Below, one piece after another: positions 1 to 12,659 of a stretch of 64,000 nt of DNA. This DNA is from Nemertoderma westbladi (lineage: Eukaryota > Animalia > Xenacoelomorpha): contig JAUCBJ010008463.1 of assembly GCA_032718475.1 (NCBI GenBank), positions 5,522-69,521 of the forward strand. The letters run 5' to 3'. The position numbers were made by a program, and so were the translations under genes. The notes below the pieces were generated by a model, which saw nothing but the letters and a program-made list of their open reading frames with translations, had not been told where the DNA came from and ran no database searches. Each line of letters opens with the position of its first letter. The first letter of the stretch is position 1.

Positions 1-614
1 GTTTTCACTTTTTCTTAGTTTAAATATTCTTGAACAGTTTTTATTAATAATAGTTCAGAACTATTGATTAAAATAAAATTTTATGTTCTAGAACAAATAT
101 TTTTTGCTCTAGAACAATTTTTATACTAGCTAGTTGTTGCAACAATTTATTTTATTTAAAAAATCATGTTATAATGTAATGTTGTAATTAACATGTTCAT
201 TACATAGTTAACATTAACAATCTAGAACTTTAGCTATTTTTTCAAACTAACGGGCGCGACTATATAAAGGCACCACTACAGTACATATGTGTACCATGAC
301 CATAATTTTTTTACTATAGCTACTTTTTTTTATAACTCTTCTATTTCATGTTAGCTATTGTTAGGCAAAAAAATTATGTTCTAGAACAAATATTTTTTGT
401 TCTAGAACATTAACAATAAATAAATCTATTAGAAATTATTTGTTATGTTTAATAAATTGTTTACTATTAATAAATAAATAAACATTAATAGCTATGATTT
501 TTTGCAAGTTTACTATTATTAAAAAATAATAATTTTCTGAAATTATTTGTTATAAATTGTTTAATTATCTATAAACATTATTAGCTACTAATTTTCAGGC
601 TAGCTAATGATTTT

Positions 615-2817
615 GGAATTATAAGAACAAAATGTAGCCACAGGCGGAACTATAAGAACAAAATGTAGCCACAGGCGGAACTATATGAACGAAATGTAGC
701 CACACACGGGACTATAAGAACAAAATGTAGCCACAGGCGGAACTATAAGAACAAAATGTAGCCACACACGGAACTATATGAACAAAATGTAGCCACACAC
801 GGAACTATAAGAACAAAATGTAGCCACAGGCGGAACTATAAGAACAAAATGTAGCCACTGGCGGAACTATACGAACAAAATGTAGCCACTGGCGGAACTA
901 TAAGAACAAAATGTAGCCACTGGCGGAACTATAAGAACAAAATGTAGCCACAGGCGGAACTATAAGAACAAAATGTAGCCACTGGCGGAACTATAAGAAC
1001 AAAATGTAGCCACACACGGAACTATATGAACAAAATGTATCCACAGGCGGAACTATAAGAACAAATTGTAGCCACAGGCGGAACTATAAGAACAAATTGT
1101 ATCCACAGACGGAACTATAAGAACAAAATGTAGCCACTGGCGGAACTATAAGAACAAAATGTAGCCACTAGCGGAACTATAAGAACAAAATGTAGCCACA
1201 CACGGAACTATAAGAACAAAATGTAGCCACACGCGGAACTATAAGAACAAAATGTAGCCACGGGCGGAACTATAAGAACAAAATGTAGCCACGGGCGGAA
1301 CTATACGAACAAAATGTAGCCACTGGCGGAACTATAAGAACAAAATGTAGCCACAGGCGGAACTATAAGAACAAAATGTAGCCACGGGCGGAACTATAAG
1401 AACAAAATGTAGCCACTGGCGGAACTATAAGAACAAAATGTAGCCACTGGCGGAACTATACGAACAAAATGTAGCCACACACGGAACTATATGAACAAAA
1501 TGTAGTCACAGGCGGAACTATAAGAACAAAATGTAGCCACGGGCGGAACTATAAGAACAAAATGTAGCCACTGGCGGAACTATAAGAACAAAATGTAGCC
1601 ACTGGCGTAACTATAAGAACAAAATGTAGCCACGGGCGGAACTATAAGAACAAAATGTAGCCACACACGGACCTATAAAAACAAAATGTAGCCACAGGAG
1701 GAACTATAAGAACAAAATGTAGCCACTGGCGGAACTATAAGAACAAAATGTAGCCACGGGCGGAACTATAAGAACAAAATGTAGCCACGGGCGGAACTAT
1801 AAGAATAAAATGTAGCAACGGGCGGAACTATAGGAACAAAATGTAGATACGCGCGGAACTATAGGAACAAAATGTAGCCACGGGCGGAACTATAAGAACA
1901 AAATGTAGCCACTGGCGGAACTATAAGAACAAATTGTAGCCACAGGCGGAACTATAAGAACAAAATGTAGCCACGGGCGGAACTATAAGAACAAAATGTA
2001 GCCACTGGCGGATCTATAAGAACAAAATGTAGCCACTGGCGGAACTATAAGAACAAAATGTAGCCACGGGCGGAACTATAAGAACAAAATATAGCCACTG
2101 GCGGAACTATAAGAACAAAATGTAGCCACTGGCGGAACTATAAGAACAAAATATAGCCACGGGCGGAACTATAAGAACAAAATGTAGCCACTGGCGGAAC
2201 TATAAGAACAAAATGTAGCCACGGGCGGAACTATAAGAACAAAATGTAGCCACGGGCGGAACTATAAGAACAAAATGTAGCCACGGGCGGAACTATAAGA
2301 ACAAAATGTAGCCACGGGCGGAACTATAAGAACAAAATGTAGCCACAGGCGGAACTATAAGAACAAAATGTAGCCACTGGCGGAACTATACGAACAAAAT
2401 GTAGCCACGGGCGGAACTATAAGAACAAAATGTAGCCACAGGCGGAACTATAAGAACAAAATGTAGCCACGGGCGGAACTATAAGAACAAAATGTAGCCA
2501 CAGGCGGAACTATAAGAACAAAATGTAGCCACAGGCGGAACTATAAGAACAAAATGTAGCCACGGGCGGAACTATAAGAACAAAATGTAGCCACAGGCGG
2601 AACTATAAGAACAAAATGTAGCCACTGGCGGAACTATACGAACAAAATGTAGCCACTGGCGGAACTATAAGAACAAAATGTAGCCACAGGCGGAACTATA
2701 AGAACAAAATGTAGCCACTGGCGGAACTATACGAACAAAATGTAGCCACTGGCGGAACTATAAGAACAAAATGTAGCCACTGGCGGAACTATAAGAACAA
2801 AATGTAGCCACAGGCGG
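615..2817. repeat. Tandem satellite, 31-bp unit GGCGGAACTATAAGAACAAAATGTAGCCAC(A/T/G), about 70 copies; about 2 more copies at 6597-6660
   Basis: Head-to-tail unit with period 31 (e.g. 661 to 692); no unique spacers. Confidence 0.98.
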
Positions 2818-4290
2818 TATTAGAAGAGACAGTAACAATACCTGCAATATCCTACTGTAAAGTTTGTGAATCAAATCATAAATCCGACCTTCTCACCAAA
2901 ACAGTAAACTCTAAGTAAGCGAATATATTGCAGTATCGATCTCTTATAACCGGTGAGGCAGAAAACAGTCTACGAGCAGACAAACTTCGATAAAACAAAA
3001 ATCCCGCGCAGCGAATCCTAAAATCAGGCTGACTCACTGACGGACTAAGGGGCTCGTATACTTTGCCGCGGTGTGATTTATATGGTTGGGCGAAAGAGAC
3101 GCTAGCTAGGTACAGAGGCAGAGATTTGGAGATGTCTAACTAGCGGGCAAAGCACAGTAAGGACGAAAGTTAATTTTATATATTTTGAGGTGTAAATAAT
3201 TTCTAACGCGCGTGTGTTAATTCTAAACAGTCAAAAGCAGTTTTGCTCCTTCATATATATAATTACTGGGTACGGTGTGCATTTTACGAATATTCTAATT
3301 TTGTAACTTGTAGGTCCAATACTCACGAATAATAAGGTTCCTTCCCCTCTTGCGTATTTCCAGGACTCAAATTCAGGCATAAGGTTAATGCTACGCCCAG
3401 AATTCGGCAATTTTAATTTACCAGGCCCCTAATACTAAGAAGAAATGTGTTAGTTTACTACAGTAGGCGTACTGTTACAAATAGCTATCCTGGCTCTTAT
3501 CTAGAATTTTAGTCACCTAGGTAGGCTGGGTGACTTCCTATCAGGACGTTGGCGGGGACACGGTAGATGTTAGTATATCCCTAATAGCCTCAATTTATTT
3601 GCGCCTAGTCGTAAACTGCCCTACCGCCTGAACGGTACAATCCCAATTCAGGTGAAACACAGCAACCCTCCTAGCCTACAAGTTCTAATGCAATGGACAC
3701 CGTTGTACTACAAATAGTCGCAAACGCACCTGTACTTAGCAAGAGTTAGGCGTACAGTTTGCTGCACCCTACCAATGTGTATGCTTCGTACCGGTGTGCC
3801 TACGTCCTATCTGCGTACTAGTATCTCTGTCTGCTCTCCCCCCCCGTAGGAATATGAATGTCTACTGCGGTTTTTTCCTGAATTAAGACAGTACAGTCCC
3901 TAAGATGTAATTTTAGGCTCACAGCGTGTCACTACTTCTACCTTTGATCTTTGGTCTTACGCTTAGGTAGCAAGGCGTCGAACGCTGTCTAACCTTTCAG
4001 GCGATGGGCGAATAACTAAGGTGGTATTGCGGGTTGTCTCCTGTCTACATTCCCTTGATGTTCCCGTTCATTGCTGCGGCCCGATCTCTAGCCGGCCATC
4101 CTGTTCCTAAGTGTGTTCACCGTAGTGAATCATGGTGAAAAGAAAAGGCAGGTAGCGGTATTTCTGAATTTATTGCAGATAATAATACAAAATGTAATCT
4201 GAAAACTAATGACAGAATAAACAAGATTGTAAGAAGTGAGATAGAATATTGAATGAGAGGATAGATGTGATAACTAATGAACAAATCGCA

Positions 4291-4428
4291 CCTTTATATA
4301 CCAAATTTGTGCTGCAATCAATCGAGAACATTCTATAATTATATTGGGTTTTTAAAGATAACCATTGGTCCAGCTAATATATAACTTGCACGACATTGGT
4401 TACAATCTAATAACTGCAGTCTCATTGG
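4291..4428 (-). promoter_or_regulatory. Pol II promoter-like module: four CCAAT boxes followed by TATATAAAGG
   Basis: ATTGG on + at 4343, 4364, 4395, 4424 (last three about 30 bp apart); CCTTTATATA at 4291-4300. Confidence 0.45.
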
Positions 4429-4509
4429 TTAATCTAGGTACAGACAAATGCAATTTAATTTGTAGCGGTCAATTTAAATGAGTTGAAATTCTGCACAAAA
4501 AATAATTCG

Positions 4510-4583
4510 CACTTACTAGGATTCGAACTCAATACCTACTACACATATAATTTCCAACGCTCTACCAACTGAGCTAGGGCTGG
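4510..4583 (-). pseudogene. tRNA-like sequence (tRNA pseudogene or SINE head)
   Basis: Minus strand has A box TAGCTCAGTTGGTAGAGC and B box GAGTTCGAATCC at tRNA spacing, but acceptor and anticodon stems do not pair. Confidence 0.65.
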
Positions 4584-6946
4584 GGTAAAACAGACTGTAA
4601 ACAAGGGGGGAAAAGAATTACGCGGAAAAATGTCCAGAGAGGGAGGAAAAACGCAGAGAGAAAGGAAAAATGCAATAATGTATTTTTGTGACATACATAC
4701 TGTAATTTTATTAGAATTTTTATACATTTTTGTAAATAATGAAACATCAATATTAATATTATATGAGAACATATAGTATACATAATATAGAGCATTGTTG
4801 TACATTATAGATTAACTTAAACAAATTTAACTTATTCAACAAATAATTCAGCTCCTTTTAGTGTCGTTATATTGTTCCAAAATCGATTTATTATCAATGT
4901 AAGGACACCACCACATATGGCAGATCGCAGATGGGTCGTGTCCCCTCAAAATATATTTTTATGAACGAAGCCGTCAGGTATTTTATTGAAGTTTGCAATG
5001 TATTTATAGCAGTTAGGGCATCTTCGTTTGTCTCTTCTTGGCTCTCATCTATACCTCAAGGTCATATAAGGTGTAGTCATTTGGGAGCAGCCTATTGTAT
5101 CTAATAATATAATACCACCAAGCTCAACTATTGGATCTATTTTACTGAAACTATCTTTACAGTAGTAAACAATTATCCTTTACGTCTAGCTATCAACGTA
5201 GGCTACTCTTCCCTTAAGACAAGGCTATGTTCATCTCAAAAATCCATTAGTTTTCAGGGCCAACAATATGGATCTCTATCCCCTCTGCTGCCGTAAAACA
5301 TAAAAAATCTAAAATACAGTACCCTTTTCGAAACACTTAAACGTCACCTTCTAATAATATTAAAGTACACTTTAATCAATCAACCAAACATACATCTTAC
5401 AAATTTTCCATAACCTTTTCAATCCAATATTTTATATTTTATGCATTTCCTATCTCGACTCATTAGTTTAGTTTTATATACCTGGAACAGCATCGGAACA
5501 ACAGTGAAACTATAGAAATGTGTAGGAGATTAACGTTGAATAATTAATTATTTGTGTATTAACAGTAACAATCTCACACCTCACAATTCACATAATAGTA
5601 ATACCCCCCCCCCCCCCCCCCCCCTTTTTTTTTTCACGCAATGCACACCACCCCTACCTGCCCGGCACTCCCAGACAATACATTGGGCTATAATACTAGC
5701 CATGCCATTGTCCAAAGTATTATTGTAACTTAACTTTTAATATTGTAATTATACAATATACTGTATATCTTACTCTATATGTGCAATGTGAGTATCGGAT
5801 TACACAATTAAACAATACAATTTAAACAATTGTCTTCTTTAGTCTAAAATTCGCAACTGTTCGGTGGTCCACCCACACGAGCAAGACCATGTACTACTGT
5901 ACTACAGTACATGCACGTGTTGCACATGATGGGCGTACTTGACTGCGGGATTGCTGGAAATCCCCCCCCGCTAATTGGCAGTCCTCCGTTTGATAATTCC
6001 CGTATCAAAACACCGTACTCGTGGATGCATTTGAAGTCATGACACATTATTGAAAGTTTATTATTTTACTCATAAGTATATAATGACAAATAATATAATT
6101 TATTTGTCAATATAACACGATTAACGGATGCTCGTTTAATTAAACGTAAACCTTTAATGAAATTTAAAAATTCCTTACTAATCCGTGCCTGTAATCAATA
6201 ATTAATTAAAAGTTTAGTTGTTTTGCTAGGTTAACTTAGCAGCCTATCCCAGTACATGATTTCCCATCTCCTCAACCAGGGGAACTACTATATAGTTTAA
6301 ACTATGTAAGCTATTTATAGCAGCCAATAGAAAGCCGGGTTTTTCCTACCATACACCTAAGCAAGCTACTCCCTTCCTCACCTCCACGCTACTCGCGACC
6401 TTAGCTCTAGCCTACTCTCAACCTTAGATTTACCACAGTCCTTAGGTATTCTGCCTGAGCTACTGAACCACTTGAATAATCAGCGTTCAAATAGAAATAG
6501 CAATACAAATGAGGACTCAAAGTAATCTTTTACAAAGTTAATTCGAATTAAATAAAATTTTGAAAATCCACGGCATTTAGGGAATATAATTCTATAGGCG
6601 GAACTATAAGAACAAAATGTAGCCACTGGCGGAACTATAAGAACGCACGGGCGGAACTTTGAAACGTTTTTTTTGCCATATAGAAAAATATTAGATAACG
6701 ACTATCAGAAGGAAAAAAGTTATTCTAGGAAAAAAACAAACTAATTAATTAATTACTAATTAACAAAAACTAATTAACAAATTAATAGTCATTTACACAT
6801 TTAAAAAATTGTAAAACAGTTGGCACCCATGCATACATTCTTAGGAAATAAGTTGCATTGATGACAAAATGTATCTTAATAATACTATTGAATATCTCGA
6901 ATTAATGTTTTGGCAAATCAGTATTAACAGATTGATAATAATTATT

Positions 6947-7600
6947 TATTACATGGGAAATAAAAGTAGAACATTTTTTTCGTTATACTCGAGGAATTTT
7001 ACTTATCGAGCGACAGCGAGGTTAATAAAGGGTCGAGAGAATATTGAAAAAAAAATGTTCTACGTTTTTTTCCCATGTAATACGTAATTTTATTCTTAGA
7101 TTGGTACTTTTTTGTTGCTCAATTCTTTAATAAAACATAGCGAAATACTACAGTTACAGTTAGTATTACAAAATAAATTGAACTGCAGTATTTTACTAAT
7201 TTGCTTCCATAGTTACTGTGATTCATATTATTGTACTCTTCAACTCCTAATGCTGCATTACTCAATGTTACAATAATTTAGTGTTCTCGAATATTAATTA
7301 CGTAACTAGAGAGCAGCTTAACTACCTGCCCTAAACCAATATTGGATATTGAGTTCCGTTTTGGTGTACGGCTTTTCTACGTCAATGCTCTTTCAATATA
7401 TGTAATACAATTATTATATGCAATGTATATAAATTTAAGAAATTCCACCAAAAAATATTTTAATATACTTTTTTCGCCTGGAAAAAAAGTAAAATCAATG
7501 CATTCCTATGGGTTACTTTTTTCCCTGGGAAAAAAATTTAAACTTTTTCTCCCGATTTTGGGGTATATTCGAGCGAAAAAGTAACAATTTAAGAATAAAA
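6947..7600. mobile_element. Non-autonomous element with two adjacent inverted-repeat pairs (possibly Crypton-like)
   Basis: IR 6947-6980/7049-7082 around CGAGCGACAGCGAGG; second IR 7088-7112/7576-7600. Confidence 0.45.
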
Positions 7601-7769
7601 TATCTTAATAAATAAAGTAGACTTTTTATATATTTCAAATTGTCAATATCAAATGAATATCAATGCAAGATATGAATTGAGCAATAATGCAAAATAATCT
7701 TGTCAATATTTATATTGCTAATTTGCATATTTATCTTTGTCAATGGATACATAGTTGATATGTTAGGTG

Positions 7770-10700
7770 CTAACTAATATGTTAGGATTGGGATACTAAC
7801 TCTAACTAATATGTTAGGATTGGGATACTAACTCTAACTAATATGTTAGGATAGGGATACTAACTCTAACTAATATGTTAGGATTGGGATACTAACTCTA
7901 ACTAATATGTTAGGATTGGGATACTAACTCTAACTAATAGGTTAGGATTGGGATACTAACTCTAACTAATATGTTAGGATTGGGATACTAACAATAACTA
8001 ATAGGTTAGGATTGGGATACTAACTCTAACTAATATGTTAGGATTGGGAAACTAACTCTAACTAATGGATTAGGATTTGGGATACTAACTCTAACTAATA
8101 TGTTAGGATTGGGATACTAACTCTAACTAATATGTTAGGATTGGGATACTAACTCTAACTAATATGTTAGGATTGGGATACTAACTCTAACTAATATGTT
8201 AGGATTGGGATACTAACTCTAACTAATGGATTAGGATTTGGGATACTAACTCTAACTAATATGTTAGGATTGGGATACTAACTCTAACTAATATGTTAGG
8301 ATTGGGATACTAACTCTAACTAATGGGTTAGGATTTGGGATACTAACTCTAACTAATATGTTAGGATTGGGATACTAACTCTAACTAATATGTTAGGATT
8401 GGGATACTAACTCTAACTAATGGGTTAGGATTTGGATACTAACTCTAACAAATATGTTAGGATTGGGATACTAACTCTAACTAATATGTTAGGATTGGGA
8501 TACTAACTCTAACTAATATGTTAGGATTGGGATACTAACTCTAACTAATAGGTTAGGATTGGGATACAAACTATAACTAATATGTTAGGATTAGGATACT
8601 AACTCTAACTAATATGTTAGGATTGGGATACTAACTCTAACTAATATGTTATGATTGGGATACTAACTCTAACTAATGGGTTAGGATTTGGGATACTAAC
8701 TCTAACTAATATGTTAGGATTGGGATACTAACTCTAACTAATATGTTAGGATTTGGGATGCTAACTCTAACTAATATGTTAGGATTGGGATACTAACTCT
8801 AACTAATAGGTTAGGATTGGGATACTAACTCTAACTAATGGGTTAGGATTTGGGATACTAACTCTAACTAATAGGTTAGGATTTGGGATACTAACTCTAA
8901 CTAATATGTTATGATAGGGATACTAACTCTAACTAATGGGTTAGGATTTGGGATACTAACTCTAACTAATAGGTTAGGATTTGGGATACTAACTCTAACT
9001 AATATGTTATGATTGGGATACTAACTCTAACTAATATGTTATGATTGGGATACTAACTCTAACTAATATGTTAGGATTGGGATACTAACTCTAACTAATG
9101 GGTTAGGATTTGGGATACTAACTCTAACTAATGGGTTAGGATTTGGGATACTAACTCTAACTAATATCTTATGATTGGGATACTAACTCTAACTAATAGG
9201 TTAGGATTGGGATACTAACTCTAACTAATGGGTTAGGATTTGGGATACTAACTCTAACTAATAGGTTAGGATTTGGGATACTAACTCTAACTAATATGTT
9301 ATGATTGGGATACTAACTCTAACTAATATGTTATGATTGGGATACTAACTCTAACTAATAGGTTAGGATTGGGATACTAACTCTAACTAATGGGTTAGGA
9401 TTTGGGATACTAACTCTAACTAATAGGTTAGGATTTGGGATACTAACTCTAACTAATATGTTATGATTGGGATACTAACTCTAACTAATGGGTTAGGATT
9501 TGGGATACTAACTCTAACTAATGGGTTAGGATTTGGGATACTAACTCTAACTAATATGTTAGGATTGGGATACTAACTCTAACTAATAGGTTAGGATTGG
9601 GATACTAACTCTAACTAATATGTTAGGATTGGGATACTAACTCTAACTAATAGGTTAGGATTGGGATACTAACTCTAACTAATGGGTTAGGATTTGGGAT
9701 ACTAACTCTAACTAATATGTTATGATTGGGATACTAACTCTAACTAATGGGTTAGGATTTGGGATACTAACTCTAACTAATATGTTAGGATTGGGATACT
9801 AACTCTAACTAATAGGTTAGGATTGGGATACTAACTCTAACTAATAGGTTAGGATTGGGATACTAACTCTAACTAATGGGTTAGGATTTGGGATACTAAC
9901 TCTAACTAATATGTTATGATTGGGATACTAACTCTAACTAATGGGTTAGGATTTGGGATACTAACTCTAACTAATATGTTAGGATTTGGGATACTAACTC
10001 TAACTAATATGTTATGATTGGGATACTAACTCTAACTAATGGGTTAGCATTTGGGATACTAACTCTAACTAATATGTTAGGATTGGGATACTAACTCTAA
10101 CTAATAGGTTAGGATTGGGATACTAACTCTAACTAATATGTTAGGATTGGGATACTAACTCTAACAAATAGGTTAGGATTGGGATACTAACTCTAACTAA
10201 TGGGTTAGGATTTGGGATACTAACTCTAACTAATATGTTATGATTGGGATACTAACTCTAACTAATGGGTTAGGATTTGGGATACTAACTCTAACTAATA
10301 TGTTAGGATTGGGATACTAACTCTAACTAATAGGTTAGGATTGGGATACTAACTCTAACTAATAGGTTAGGATTGGGATACTAACTCTAACTAATGGGTT
10401 AGGATTTGGGATACTAACTCTAACTAATATGTTATGATTGGGATACTAACTCTAACTAATGGGTTAGGATTTGGGATACTAACTCTAACTAATATGTTAT
10501 GATTGGGATACTAACTCTAACTAATATGTTATGATTGGGATACTAACTCTAACTAATAGGTTAGGATTGGGATACTAACTCTAACTAATGGGTTAGGATT
10601 TGGGATACTAACTCTAACTAATAGGTTAGGATTTGGGATACTAACTCTAACTAATATGTTATGATTGGGATACTAACTCTAACTAATGGGTTAGGATTTG

Positions 10701-11259
10701 GGATACTAACTCTAACTAATGGGTTAGGATTTGGGATACTAACTCTAACTAATATGTTAGGATTGGGATACTAACTCTAACTAATAGGTTAGGATTGGGA
10801 TACTAACTCTAACTAATATGTTAGGATTGGGATACTAACTCTAACTAATAGGTTAGGATTGGGATACTAACTCTAACTAATGGGTTAGGATTTGGGATAC
10901 TAACTCTAACTAATATGTTATGATTGGGATACTAACTCTAACTAATGGGTTAGGATTTGGGATAGTAACTCTAACTAATATGTTAGGATTGGGATACTAA
11001 CTCTAACTAATAGGTTAGGATTGGGATACTAACTCTAACTAATAGGTTAGGATTGGGATACTAACTCTAACTAATGGGTTTAGGATTTGGGATACTAACT
11101 CTAACTAATATGTTATGATTGGGATACTAACTCTAACTAATGGGTTAGGATTTGGGATACTAACTCTAACTAATATGTTAGGATTTGGGATACTAACTCT
11201 AACTAATATGTTATGATTGGGATACTAACTCTAACTAATGGGTTAGCATTTGGGATACT
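7770..11259. repeat. Tandem satellite, 32/33-bp unit ACTAACTCTAACTAAT(AT/AG/GG)GTTAGGATT(T)GGGAT, roughly 108 copies
   Basis: Period 32 (7801 to 7833); contains TTAGG/GGGTTAGG telomere-like motifs; a rare variant recurs 1199 bp apart. Confidence 0.98.
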
Positions 11260-12659
11260 CTTATATAAATAACATAGTTTACTAAGTATTGATAATACAG
11301 TTTATTTGTTTGTTTGAATTTGATTGGTTTTGTATTGTTTTATACATAACCTCAATAATAATCGATCATTTAATATTACCAACTATTTTATTTTTCAATT
11401 TTGTATCTTATCAAACACCCTTTTACTTAATATCCCCAGATATATGGTGGAGCGTAACCTGATCTATTGACAATCGTCTATTGTTTTGGTTTTGCTTTAG
11501 AGAGCCCGGTCCATGCCACTTCCCAAAAACATACTTTCTAACTGTAGATCGGACCCCAATCTACCTAGCACGGAATATTATCATATTGTCATTTTGGCCA
11601 GTTACGCCTAATTATCATATTTTGACAATTTGGCAATTTAATTGGCTGAAAATAGTTTGCATTTATAGCAATATAAACGAATGTCGTAATAAAGTATATT
11701 GCCAAATGTGGAAGATATTTGACAAATTAAATTGCCAAAATACAGCGGCTATTTTATATTGCTTTGATGGCCAAATAGAAAGTCGAGATCGGTGTACCAA
11801 ATTTGTGCGGTATGGCAATATAGTTGACCATTTTGGCAATATTGTTTCAATGTTTCGAGTGTAGGCCTACATACTGTAGTACGAGTATCGTTATAAAATA
11901 AGAACAAAAATACACCATATAACCCTTAATATACAACAACCATTTATAGGGGGTCGGAGCCCCCCACACCCCCCCTTAATTTTTTTCAAATTTCAATAAA
12001 ATGCTACCTTTTCTTACTGGTGGCCCGGCCGGATTTTTTAATTTATAAGCTATTTCGATACAACAAGCCGTTAAAAATCGTCTATTTTGCAATATTTAGC
12101 CACCTCCATCGGGTTTATTTTTCGCCTTTGGAATGAAATCTAGATATCATTAGATCCGCCTTCATCTGCAGATTCGGAATCTGAAACCCGTTGTAAATTT
12201 CACCTATAACTTCCGGAGATATTATCAAAATACTAGGGTATAAATTTTATGACGTAAATTGCTATAATTCTAATGTTTTTTTTACTCAATTCTAAAATAT
12301 TAATTATGGGTAATGAAAAAACAAGATGGAGAGTTTTAAACGCTTAGCTAAATAATAATTAATATTCTAGAATAAAGACAACAAAACATCAGAATTATAG
12401 CGATTTACGTCTCTAAATTTATACATTAGAATTTTGATAATATCTTTACCAATTTTTGGTTAACTTTAAAACGGTTTTCAGATTCGGAATCTACAGGCGA
12501 AGGCGGTTTTAATGGTATCCAGATTAAATTTCAAAGATCTAAAAATAAAGTCTACGGAGGTGGTTAAACATTGCTAAATAGACATTTTTTAAGGACTTGA
12601 ATGAAAATAACTAAAAAATTAAAAATCCGACCAGGCCACCAGTAAGAAAAGGTGTCGAT

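Larger units (their letters stand above)
2818..6596. mobile_element. Unclassified 3.8-kb insertion interrupting the 31-bp satellite
   Basis: Satellite stops at GGCGG (2813-2817) and resumes in phase at GGCGG (6597-6601), i.e. a 5-bp duplication; ends TATTAGAA...TTCTATA; no intact transposase or RT ORF. Confidence 0.55.

Noticed and set aside
2900-4135. Alternative genetic code (TAG read as sense)
   Set aside because: KIN17, the Gypsy gag and the RTE ORFs end at TAG at their expected C-termini
4510-4583. Functional tRNA gene
   Set aside because: Acceptor and anticodon stems cannot form; only the A/B boxes remain
7770-11259. True telomere
   Set aside because: Complex 32-bp unit, interstitial, flanked by other sequence on both sides
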